A DNA stretch of 64,000 nucleotides from NCBI GenBank assembly GCA_963812155.1, contig CAWETW010000003.1:768001-832000 (forward strand), given 5' to 3'. This document shows positions 1 through 8,427 of the stretch, in pieces. The stretch comes from Vulcanimicrobiota bacterium. Lineage in GTDB: Bacteria; Vulcanimicrobiota; Vulcanimicrobiia; Vulcanimicrobiales; Vulcanimicrobiaceae. A model generated the notes under the pieces. That model was not told where the DNA came from. It was given only the letters and a program-made list of their open reading frames with translations, and ran no database searches. Position 1 is the stretch's first letter, and each line of letters opens with the position of its first letter. A program made the translations under genes and the position numbers.

Positions 1-642
1 CGATTTCGCGCAGCCTACGAAGAGATTCGGGCGCAGAGTAATCTCATCGTCCAGTTCTCCACCGGCGGCGCGATCGGCATGACGCCGGACGAGCGCGCCA
101 GCGTGCTGGAGTTGCGTCCCGAAATGGCGACGCTGACGTGCGGCACCGTCAATTTCGGCGACGACGTCTTCGAAAACAGCTTCCCTATTATGCGCGGCAT
201 CTTGGCGAAGATGAATGAGTTCGGCGTGCGGCCGGAACTCGAAATCTTCGACAAAGGCCATCTCGCCAACGCGCGCCGCCTCGCGCGCGAAGGGCTGCTC
301 ACCTTTCCGCAGCACGTCGATTTCGTGCTCGGCGTTCCCGGAGCGCTCGAGGCCACCGTTGCCAACCTGTGCGACCTCGTCGCCGGCGTTCCGGACGGAT
401 GCACGTGGTCGGTTGCAGGCATCGGCCGCGGTCAGCTCCCGATGGCGATGGCGGCGATCGCGATGGGCGGCCACGTCCGCGTCGGTCTCGAGGACAACCT
501 GTATTACAGCAAAGGCAAGCTCGCGCGCAACGAGGAGCTGGTGGCCCGGGTAACGCGAATCGCCCGCGAGGCCGGCCGCCCCGTCGCAACGCCGGACCAA
601 GCGCGTGAGATTCTCGGCTTGCGCGCCCGCGCCGCAGCATGA
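1..642 (+). CDS. 3-keto-5-aminohexanoate cleavage enzyme family (BKACE/DUF849), 5'-truncated by the window edge
   Basis: Motifs STGGA, PEMATLTCGTVNFG, PELEIFD and GGHVRVGLEDN. The frame is open upstream of the ORF-track start at 79. Confidence 0.9.
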   Translation, partial: RFRAAYEEIRAQSNLIVQFSTGGAIGMTPDERASVLELRPEMATLTCGTVNFGDDVFENSFPIMRGILAKMNEFGVRPELEIFDKGHLANARRLAREGLLTFPQHVDFVLGVPGALEATVANLCDLVAGVPDGCTWSVAGIGRGQLPMAMAAIAMGGHVRVGLEDNLYYSKGKLARNEELVARVTRIAREAGRPVATPDQAREILGLRARAAA

Positions 643-715
643 AGGATGGCATCGCGCAGGCAGGCGCGAACGGTGGCTCCGCGCGGGATGACATAGGCTA
701 GGGAGGATGCGTTAG

Positions 716-1690
716 CTGTTTACGTACGTCGTCCGAAGGATTCTGCAGTCGATTCCGCTGCTGCTGCTGATCTCGGTCATCCTCTACGCGATCCTCTACA
801 ACATGCCGGGCGGTCCTCTCGCGCCCTATCTCAGCAATCCGCACATCACGCCGGCCGACATCGCGCGCTTGAAACACAACCTCGGCATGGACCAACCCGT
901 TCCGCTGCAGTATCTGAAGTGGCTCGGACACGTCCTCACCGGCGACATGGGCTATTCGACGAGCAACTCCGAGCCGGTCTTTCAAGCCATCGTCGAGCGC
1001 ATACCGGCGACGCTGGAGCTGATGTTGACGTCGTTCATCCTTTCGGTGTTCATCGGCGTCGCAGCCGGCATCATCTCGGCGGTGTGGCGGTACTCGCTCG
1101 TCGACTACTTCATCACGACGCTGGCGTTCTTCGGGCAATCGATGCCGGTGTTCTGGTTTGCACTGATGATGCAGCTGGCGTTTGCCGTTCACGGCATTCC
1201 GCTGCCCTTCGGTTATCAGATTCAACTGCCGTCGGCCGGCATCTCGGCGAGCGATACGTTCGATCTGGGGGATCGCATCGCGCACTTGATCTTACCGACG
1301 ATCGTTTTGTCGCTGCTCTCGCTGGCGCTGTACAGCCGCTTCATGCGTTCCTCGCTGCTCGAGGTGCTCGGAACCGACTACATTCGCACGGCGGCCGCGA
1401 AGGGCTTGAATTTCCGCACCATCCTCTTCAAGCACGGCTTGAAGAACGCGCTCATTCCGGTCGTGACGATTCTCGCGCTGTCGCTGCCCGGAGTTCTCGC
1501 CGGGGCGATCATCACCGAAACGATCTTCGCATGGCCGGGAACGGGGCGGCTCTTCATCAACGCGTTGAACCAGAGCGACATGTCGCTGCTGATGGGCTAT
1601 CTGCTCATGGTCGCGGTGCTGGTCGTGTTCTGCAACTTGCTCGCCGACGTCGTTTACGCGTGGCTCGATCCGCGCGTGAAGTACGACTGA
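716..1690 (+). CDS. Oligopeptide/dipeptide ABC transporter permease (OppB/DppB family)
   Basis: N-terminus FTYVVRRILQ, MPGG, DYIRTAAAKGL (EAA loop) and C-terminal DPRVKY. Probable CTG start at 716, after an in-frame TAG, with GGAGG at 702-706. Confidence 0.9.
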   Translation: MFTYVVRRILQSIPLLLLISVILYAILYNMPGGPLAPYLSNPHITPADIARLKHNLGMDQPVPLQYLKWLGHVLTGDMGYSTSNSEPVFQAIVERIPATLELMLTSFILSVFIGVAAGIISAVWRYSLVDYFITTLAFFGQSMPVFWFALMMQLAFAVHGIPLPFGYQIQLPSAGISASDTFDLGDRIAHLILPTIVLSLLSLALYSRFMRSSLLEVLGTDYIRTAAAKGLNFRTILFKHGLKNALIPVVTILALSLPGVLAGAIITETIFAWPGTGRLFINALNQSDMSLLMGYLLMVAVLVVFCNLLADVVYAWLDPRVKYD

Positions 1691-1709
1691 ACCCTAGGAT
1701 AAACGCTGC

Positions 1710-2660
1710 ATGGCCGCCACGATTCCGATTCAGCCCGCCGCCGTCGACGACGACCTTCACGTTACGAAGGTCACGTTCTGGACGCGTCTGCGCCGGCACA
1801 AACTCGCGATCGCCGGTCTGGTCGTGCTGGTCGTGATGGTGTCGGCGGCGATCTTCGCCAAGCAGTTGGCTCCGTTCGATCCGAATCTCATCGACAACGG
1901 TACGACCGCGCAGCCGCACTGGAACGGGACGCCGCTCCCTCCGTGTTTTCAAAACGCGGCGCAGTGCTGGGGCCATCCGCTCGGCACCGACGAAGTCGGC
2001 CGCGACCTGCTCTCGCGCTTGCTCTTCGGCGCGCGAATCTCGCTCATGGTCGGCCTCTTCGCGGTGCTGATGGAGGTGATCATCGGAACCACGCTGGGAG
2101 CAATCTCAGGCTATTACGGCGGCTGGGTCGACTGGCTCATCATGCGGGTTACCGACGTCTTTCTTTCGATTCCGCTGCTGCCGCTGCTGCTGGTGCTCAC
2201 CGCGATCGTGGCGGCAAGTTCTTCGAAGGCCGCGCTGAACTTCAGCGTAATCGTCCTGATCATCGGCGCGCTCTCGTGGATGAGCGTTGCTCGTCTCGTG
2301 CGTGCGTCGTTCCTCAGCCTGCGCGAGCGGGAGTTCGCCGAGGCCGCGAGAGCCGTGGGCAACCGGGACGGACGGATTATCTTTCGGCATTTGCTGCCCA
2401 ACGCGGTCGCCCCGATCGTCGTTCAGGCGACGCTCGACGTTGCCGGCGTCATCGTGCTGGAGTCGACGCTCTCGTTTCTGGGGTTCGGAATTCAGCCGCC
2501 GACCGCGTCGTGGGGCAACATGCTTTCGAACTCCCAGTCGAATCTCCAGACCGCCTGGTGGGCGGCCGTCTTCCCGGGCCTCTGTATCCTGGCGACCGTC
2601 CTCGCGATCAACTATATTGGGGACGGCCTGCGCGATGCGCTCGACCCGAATATGCGCTAG
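1710..2660 (+). CDS. Oligopeptide ABC transporter permease (OppC/DppC family), copy 1
   Basis: HPLGTDEVGRDLLSRLLFGARISL, EFAEAARAVG, GDGLRDALDP. Confidence 0.93.
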   Translation: MAATIPIQPAAVDDDLHVTKVTFWTRLRRHKLAIAGLVVLVVMVSAAIFAKQLAPFDPNLIDNGTTAQPHWNGTPLPPCFQNAAQCWGHPLGTDEVGRDLLSRLLFGARISLMVGLFAVLMEVIIGTTLGAISGYYGGWVDWLIMRVTDVFLSIPLLPLLLVLTAIVAASSSKAALNFSVIVLIIGALSWMSVARLVRASFLSLREREFAEAARAVGNRDGRIIFRHLLPNAVAPIVVQATLDVAGVIVLESTLSFLGFGIQPPTASWGNMLSNSQSNLQTAWWAAVFPGLCILATVLAINYIGDGLRDALDPNMR

Positions 2661-2735
2661 ACGCTCGACTGCTGAGCGTTCGAGCGAGTCCGTCACCGGC
2701 GACAAGCCGAGCGACCGTGTCGGGCAGGCGCATAG

Positions 2736-3686
2736 ATGGCCGCCGCGCGTTCAACTCAGCCCGTGACTTCCGACGAGGATCCGCACCTTACAAAGGTGAG
2801 GTTTTGGTCGCGCTTGCGCCGGCACAAGCTCGCCGTCGCCGGGCTGGCCGTGCTGATCGTGATGGTATCGGCGGCGATCTTCGCCAAGCAACTGGCTCCG
2901 TTCGATCCCAACCTCATCGACAACGGTACGAACGTTCAGCCGCACTGGAACGGAACGCCGCTCCCGCCGTGCTTTCTGAACGGCGCGCAGTGCTGGGGCC
3001 ATCCACTGGGTACCGACGAAGCCGGACGCGACCTGCTCTCGCGATTGCTCTTCGGCGCCCGAATTTCTATGATGGTCGGCCTCTTCGCGGTGCTCGTGGA
3101 GATGGTTATCGGAACCACGTTGGGCAGCATCTCCGGCTACTACGGCGGCTGGATCGATTGGATCATCATGCGGGTTACCGACGTCTTTCTTTCGACTCCG
3201 GTGCTGCCGCTGTTGCTCGTCCTGACGGCCGTCGTCGCCGCCGGTTCCACGAAGGCGGCGCTGAATTTCGGGGTGATCGTCCTTATCATCGGCGGGTTCT
3301 CATGGATGAGCGCCGCTCGTCTCGTGCGCGCGTCGTTCCTCAGCCTGCGCGAGCGGGAGTTCGTCGAGGCGGCGCGCGCTGTCGGCAATAGCGACGTTCG
3401 CATCATCTTTCGGCACGTGCTGCCCAACGCGACCGCTCCGATCGTCGTCCAGGCGACGCTGGACGTCGCCGGCGTCATCGTGCTCGAGTCGACGCTGTCG
3501 TTTCTGGGCTTCGGCATTCAGCCGCCGACGGCGTCGTGGGGCAGCATGCTGTCGGACGCCCGGTCGAGCCTGCAGACCGCCTGGTGGGCGGCGTTCTTCC
3601 CAGGCCTGTGCATCCTGGCGACCGTCCTCGCCATCAACTACATCGGGGATGGTCTGCGCGACGCGCTTGACCCCAATATGCGCTAG
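2736..3686 (+). CDS. Oligopeptide ABC transporter permease (OppC/DppC family), copy 2 (tandem paralog)
   Basis: Same length (316 aa) and the same motifs as 1710..2660, highly similar along most of its length. Confidence 0.93.
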   Translation: MAAARSTQPVTSDEDPHLTKVRFWSRLRRHKLAVAGLAVLIVMVSAAIFAKQLAPFDPNLIDNGTNVQPHWNGTPLPPCFLNGAQCWGHPLGTDEAGRDLLSRLLFGARISMMVGLFAVLVEMVIGTTLGSISGYYGGWIDWIIMRVTDVFLSTPVLPLLLVLTAVVAAGSTKAALNFGVIVLIIGGFSWMSAARLVRASFLSLREREFVEAARAVGNSDVRIIFRHVLPNATAPIVVQATLDVAGVIVLESTLSFLGFGIQPPTASWGSMLSDARSSLQTAWWAAFFPGLCILATVLAINYIGDGLRDALDPNMR

Positions 3687-3696
3687 ACGATAGACT
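3667..3696 (+). promoter_or_regulatory. Putative sigma70-type promoter for tRNA-Leu
   Basis: TTGACC (3667-3672), an 18-nt spacer and TAGACT (3691-3696), 33 nt upstream of the tRNA. Confidence 0.5.
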
Positions 3697-3729
3697 CCTT
3701 AGGGTCCCGAACGGGCCCGGCCCGCGGCT

Positions 3730-3813
3730 GCGCAAGTGGCGGAATTGGTAGACGCACTAGCTTGAGGGGCTAGCGGGAGCAATCTCGTGCAGGTTCAAGT
3801 CCTGTCTTGCGCA
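3730..3813 (+). tRNA. tRNA-Leu (anticodon GAG), CCA not encoded
   Basis: Acceptor stem GCGCAAG/CTTGCGC, D-arm GCGGAATTGGTAGACGC, anticodon arm CTAGC-TTGAGGG-GCTAG, long variable arm, T-arm GGTTCAAGTCC. Confidence 0.96.
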
Positions 3814-3911
3814 TGTAGGGTCGGCGAGCACGAGATTGCTCCCGCAGCGGAGCGCAAGCGGAGCGGTCTTCAAACGGGAGGGGTCCCCGGCCGCGTCAGC
3901 GGCTGGGGAAA

Positions 3912-3952
3912 AGCAATCTCGTGCAGGTTCAAGTCCTGTCTTGCGCATGTAG
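3912..3952 (+). repeat. 41-bp direct repeat of the tRNA-Leu 3' end (copy of 3778..3818)
   Basis: AGCAATCTCGTGCAGGTTCAAGTCCTGTCTTGCGCATGTAG occurs exactly at both positions. Confidence 0.95.
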
Positions 3953-4050
3953 CCCGGTCCGCATAGGCGGTTGGGCGGGGTTGAAACAGTGGCACCCTCC
4001 GGCCCGTATGGCTAGTCAGATATGGTGCCGTTGACGAGGTTATCTACAAC

Positions 4051-7000
4051 GTGTGGCTGACGCGCTTTGCCATTTCCCGCCCGGTAGTCACCGCGATGGT
4101 CTTCGTCGCGCTGGCGTTTTTCGGGATCGTCGCCTTTGAGAAACTCGGGCGCAGCAACGATCCGCCGGGCACGGCCTTCCCGATCGTCGTCATCTTTGCG
4201 AACTATCCCGGCGCCTCTCCGCAAGAGATGGAACGCCTGATCGTCAAGCCGATCGAAGATCAACTGGCCGACGTCGACAACCTCGACCAGCTGACGGCGA
4301 CCGCGCAGGAAGGCGCGGCCTCGGTCGGCGTGCAGTTCAAGCTCGGGACGGATCTCAATCTCGCGGCGATCAACGTGCAGAGCGCCGTCGACACGGCGCG
4401 CGTCTACTTGCCCACCGATCTCGACCCGCCGCAGGTCTTTAAGAACGGCGCGTCCGAGCCGTTGCTCGACGTCGCCGTCAGCTCGAAGTCGATGTCGCCG
4501 ACGGCTCTGGCAGATCTCGTGACGAACCGCATCCAGCCGCTGCTCAAGGCAATTCCGAACGTTCAGACGGTCGACGTCTACGGCGCGTCGGCCCGCGAGT
4601 TCCACGTCGAACCGATTCCGCCGCAACTGCTCGGCAGCGGGGCAACGCTGCGCGAAGTCTTCAGCGCGGTCGCCGCCAACAACGCGAACTTGCCCGGCGG
4701 CGTCCTGCGGCAGCCGACACAAGAAACCAGCGTCTCGGTCCACGCCGAGATCAACTCGGCCCAAGACCTGCTCAACATTCCGCTGCCCGTTCCGGGAATG
4801 TCGATGCGTGCGCTCAAGGTCGGCGACGTGGCGAAAGCCTACGACAGTCACGTCGAGCCGACGTCGATTTCGCACTACAACGGACTGCCGCGCCTCTACG
4901 TTGAGATCGACCGAGACATCAACTCCGACGAAATCAAAGCGACGGAGACCGCGCGCCAGCAGATCAAGCAGATCGAGGCGCAGTTCCCCGAGCTGAGCTT
5001 CAGCGAAATCGACGCGCCGGCCGATTACACGCAACGGTCGCTCAACGGCGTCTGGCAGTCGCTCTTCGAAGGCGTCATCCTGACGATGATCGTCATGATG
5101 CTCTTCCTGCATCTATGGCGTAACGCGGTCGTCGTGATGGTTTCGATTCCGACCTCGATCCTGTCGACGTTCGTCTTGATGAACGCGTTCGGATTCCATC
5201 TCGACACGATGTCGCTGATGGGACTCTCGCTCATCATCGGAATCTTGGTCGACGACTCAATCGTCGTCCTCGAGAACATCACGCGCCATCGCGATTTGGG
5301 AGAAGGGCCGATCGACGCGGCAATCAACGGGCGCAGTGAAATCGGCGGCGCGGCGGTCGCCATCACGATGGTCGACGTCGTCGTCTTCCTGCCGATTGCG
5401 TTCATGCCCGGCTTGGTTGGGATGTACCTCAAAGAATTCGGTGCCGTCATCGTCATCGCGACGCTATTCTCGCTCTTCGTCTCGTTCACGCTCACGCCGC
5501 TGCTGGCGGCGCGATGGAGCGTTCGCGAACGTTCGCCGGGCCGCCCGAAGTGGCTCGATGCGCTACGCTCGTGGAAGATCATGGGCGCGATGCTGGCCGG
5601 CGCCGTGGTCGCCTACTTCATCCCCTGGCGCGTGATCGGTCTGCCCAAAGAGCTAAATCTCGTCATTCCGGTCATGGTCGTCGCCGTGCTGCTGCTCAAC
5701 GCTTTCGTTCAAAACTACGACCGCATCCTCGAGTGGTACAAAACGCGCGCGCTGGGTTTCGCGCTCGATCACGGGCTCTTCGTGGTCTTCGTCTGCGCGG
5801 TGCTCGTCATCAACGCGATGACGCTCGTCGCCGGCGCCGGCATGGCGACGGTGATCGTCGACGCGTTGATACTGATCCTCACCGGCATTTGGCACGGCAT
5901 CGGCATGCTCGTGCGCGCACGCGTGCCGCGCGAACGGCTCGAACTGCGACGCACGCGCCTCCCGCGCACGCAGTCGCCGATCCAACGCACCCGCGCGGCT
6001 ATCGGCGACCTTTGCAGAAACTCGCTGCGACTCGTCGGCCAATGGTTTTACGCAACCGGACGCGACCGCAAACTCACAGTCGTGACCTTCGCATTCCCGG
6101 TCGCGCTGGCGATCGTACTGCCGGCGCTCGGCGGCATCGATTTCGATTTCGTTCCGGCAGTGCAAGACGGCTCGATTTCGATGACCGTGACGTATCCGCC
6201 GGGAACGCCGCTGCTCGTGACCGAGAAGTTCGTGAGCCAGTTGGAGCTGGCGATTTTGAAAGTCGACGGCATTCAATCGGTGAGTTCGACGGTGGGTCGC
6301 AAGCCCGAAGGCTGGGGCACGGCAATTGGTTCGAACTACGCTCGCCTGAACGCACAGACGACGCCCGACCGAACCAAAGACACCTACAAAATCATCGCAA
6401 AGATTCGTAAGTTCAACTACTTGGTTCCGGGTGGAGAATTCCAAGTCGCCGGCGAGAGCGGCAGCGGCTCCGGCACGCCGATCTTCTACGCGCTCTCCGG
6501 CCCCGAAGACGCAATCGGCCCCGCCGCCGAGAAGGTCGCGCAGTTCTTGCGCGATACGCCGGGCAGCGTTAACGTGCAGACCAGCAACGAAATGGCTTCG
6601 CCTCGTCTAAACGTCAACGTCGACGCGCAAAAGTCGGAAGTCTTGGGCGTCGCACCCGCCGATGCGGCCGCCGTGGCGCGCTTCGCCGTCGACGGCGCGG
6701 TCGCGACGAAAGTGCGAACCGACAACGGCTTGGTCGACGTCCGCGTGCAGTTTCCGGCGTCGTATCGTTCGACGGTCGACGATCTCAAGGCGGTGCGCGT
6801 GCGCGCGCAAGACGGAACGATCGTTCCGCTTTCCGACGTCGCGGATTTCGTCTGGACGAAGGCGCCGGTGCAGATTCAGCGGCTCAACCGTCAGCGCGTG
6901 GTCAACGTCTACGGCGGCGTGCTGCCGGGGTACTCGCTCGGCGGCGTCACGGGTCCGCTCGAGAAAAAGCTGCACGCGCCCGGATTCCTGCCCGAAGGCG

Positions 7001-7620
7001 TCGGCCTCACCGCGCAGGGCGACACGCAGTATTTGAAAGAGACGATGAGCAACATGGGCATCGCCCTCGCGACGTCGTTCATTCTAGTGTACATGTTGAT
7101 GGTGATTCTGTACGGTTCGATCGTCGAGCCGCTCATCGTCATGTTCTCGGTTCCGTTGGCGATCATCGGTGCGCTGGTCGGACTTTCGCTGATGCATCGC
7201 ATCGAGCCGAATGCGGGCCAGTCGCTCAACATCATCTCGATGATCGGCATCGTCATGTTGTTCGGATTGGTCTCCAAAAACGGCATTCTGCTCGTGGACT
7301 ACTCGAACACGCTCTGTCGCCGCGGCATGCGCGTACGGGATGCCGTGCTGCAGGCGGCGGGAACTCGGTTCCGTCCGATTCTCATGACGACGTGCGCGAT
7401 GATCTTCGGCATGCTGCCGCTGTCGCTGGGATTCGCCGAAGGCGGTGAATGGCGGCAGGCGATGGGCACCGTGATCATCGGCGGCCTCGCGAGCTCGCTG
7501 ATTCTCACGCTCTTTCTCGTCCCGATGATCTACAACTCATGGATCGGGTTCTCGGAACGGGTCGCCGACAAACACGCGATCGAAGCCGAGATGTCGCAGC
7601 CGGCGCCGACGATCGCCTAG
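4051..7620 (+). CDS. RND efflux transporter permease (AcrB/AcrD/AcrF family) with an internal insertion
   Basis: YPGASPQEME, GILVDDSIVVLENI, GLVSKNGILLVD and RFRPILMTT proton-relay motifs; 1189 aa. Confidence 0.93.
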   Translation: MWLTRFAISRPVVTAMVFVALAFFGIVAFEKLGRSNDPPGTAFPIVVIFANYPGASPQEMERLIVKPIEDQLADVDNLDQLTATAQEGAASVGVQFKLGTDLNLAAINVQSAVDTARVYLPTDLDPPQVFKNGASEPLLDVAVSSKSMSPTALADLVTNRIQPLLKAIPNVQTVDVYGASAREFHVEPIPPQLLGSGATLREVFSAVAANNANLPGGVLRQPTQETSVSVHAEINSAQDLLNIPLPVPGMSMRALKVGDVAKAYDSHVEPTSISHYNGLPRLYVEIDRDINSDEIKATETARQQIKQIEAQFPELSFSEIDAPADYTQRSLNGVWQSLFEGVILTMIVMMLFLHLWRNAVVVMVSIPTSILSTFVLMNAFGFHLDTMSLMGLSLIIGILVDDSIVVLENITRHRDLGEGPIDAAINGRSEIGGAAVAITMVDVVVFLPIAFMPGLVGMYLKEFGAVIVIATLFSLFVSFTLTPLLAARWSVRERSPGRPKWLDALRSWKIMGAMLAGAVVAYFIPWRVIGLPKELNLVIPVMVVAVLLLNAFVQNYDRILEWYKTRALGFALDHGLFVVFVCAVLVINAMTLVAGAGMATVIVDALILILTGIWHGIGMLVRARVPRERLELRRTRLPRTQSPIQRTRAAIGDLCRNSLRLVGQWFYATGRDRKLTVVTFAFPVALAIVLPALGGIDFDFVPAVQDGSISMTVTYPPGTPLLVTEKFVSQLELAILKVDGIQSVSSTVGRKPEGWGTAIGSNYARLNAQTTPDRTKDTYKIIAKIRKFNYLVPGGEFQVAGESGSGSGTPIFYALSGPEDAIGPAAEKVAQFLRDTPGSVNVQTSNEMASPRLNVNVDAQKSEVLGVAPADAAAVARFAVDGAVATKVRTDNGLVDVRVQFPASYRSTVDDLKAVRVRAQDGTIVPLSDVADFVWTKAPVQIQRLNRQRVVNVYGGVLPGYSLGGVTGPLEKKLHAPGFLPEGVGLTAQGDTQYLKETMSNMGIALATSFILVYMLMVILYGSIVEPLIVMFSVPLAIIGALVGLSLMHRIEPNAGQSLNIISMIGIVMLFGLVSKNGILLVDYSNTLCRRGMRVRDAVLQAAGTRFRPILMTTCAMIFGMLPLSLGFAEGGEWRQAMGTVIIGGLASSLILTLFLVPMIYNSWIGFSERVADKHAIEAEMSQPAPTIA

Positions 7621-7668
7621 GCCCCGGGGGCTCGCAATGGCCGGCCGCATCCCCGAGGCGCTCGCCGA

Positions 7669-8427
7669 GTGAAGCGCCGGGCGTTGGTCACCGGGGGTGC
7701 TGCAGGCTTGATGGCCGGTGTCGCCGCAGCGTTGCCGGCCGACGGCTTCGACTGCGTCGCGATCACGTATCGTACGACGCCGCCGGATCGCACGCTCGCG
7801 TCGATCGAAGCGGCCGGTGCGAGCGCGTTCGCGACGCGGATCGATTTCCTCGATGCGGAAGAAGAAATTTCGGCGGCGCTCGAAGCGTTCGTGCGCGATC
7901 GCGGCCCGTTCGACACGTTGGTCCACGGCGTCGGACCGATGGTCGTCAAACGCTTCGAACGCTCGTCGATGGACGAGTATCGCGAGATGCTCGACGGAAA
8001 TCTGCGCAGTGCGGTGCTTGCGGCGCGCGCCGTCGCCGCCGGGATGCGCGAGCGGCGCTTCGGCCGCATCGTATTCTTCGGAACCGTCGGTTCGGCGATC
8101 ACGCAGCCGCATCGCGGTTTTGCGTTCTACCAGGCGGCCAAGAGCGCGCTGGTGGCGTTCGCGCGATGCCTGGCACTCGAAGAAGCCCGTCATGGAATCA
8201 CGGTCAACGTCGTCTCCCCGGGCGACATTCGGCAAAAGTCGCTGTCGCGTGCCGAGGCGCTCGAACGCCCGGCCGGCAATCCGCGCGGGCGTGCGGGCAG
8301 CTTTGAAGACGTTGCGGATGCGGTACGGTTTCTGGTCGCGGCCGAGCGCGATTTCGTGACCGGCAGCGTCATCGACGTTAGCGGAGGGTTGACGCAGGCC
8401 GACGAGCGAAACGAACGGGCGCCATGA
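7669..8427 (+). CDS. SDR family oxidoreductase
   Basis: ALVTGGAAGL, YQAAK (YxxxK), GITVNVVSPG, FVTGSVIDVSGG. Confidence 0.85.
   Translation: MKRRALVTGGAAGLMAGVAAALPADGFDCVAITYRTTPPDRTLASIEAAGASAFATRIDFLDAEEEISAALEAFVRDRGPFDTLVHGVGPMVVKRFERSSMDEYREMLDGNLRSAVLAARAVAAGMRERRFGRIVFFGTVGSAITQPHRGFAFYQAAKSALVAFARCLALEEARHGITVNVVSPGDIRQKSLSRAEALERPAGNPRGRAGSFEDVADAVRFLVAAERDFVTGSVIDVSGGLTQADERNERAP

Noticed and set aside
3814..7620. Genomic island or prophage integrated at tRNA-Leu
   Set aside because: The duplicated tRNA end lies only 134 bp away, and I found no integrase, phage gene or distant third copy in the window.
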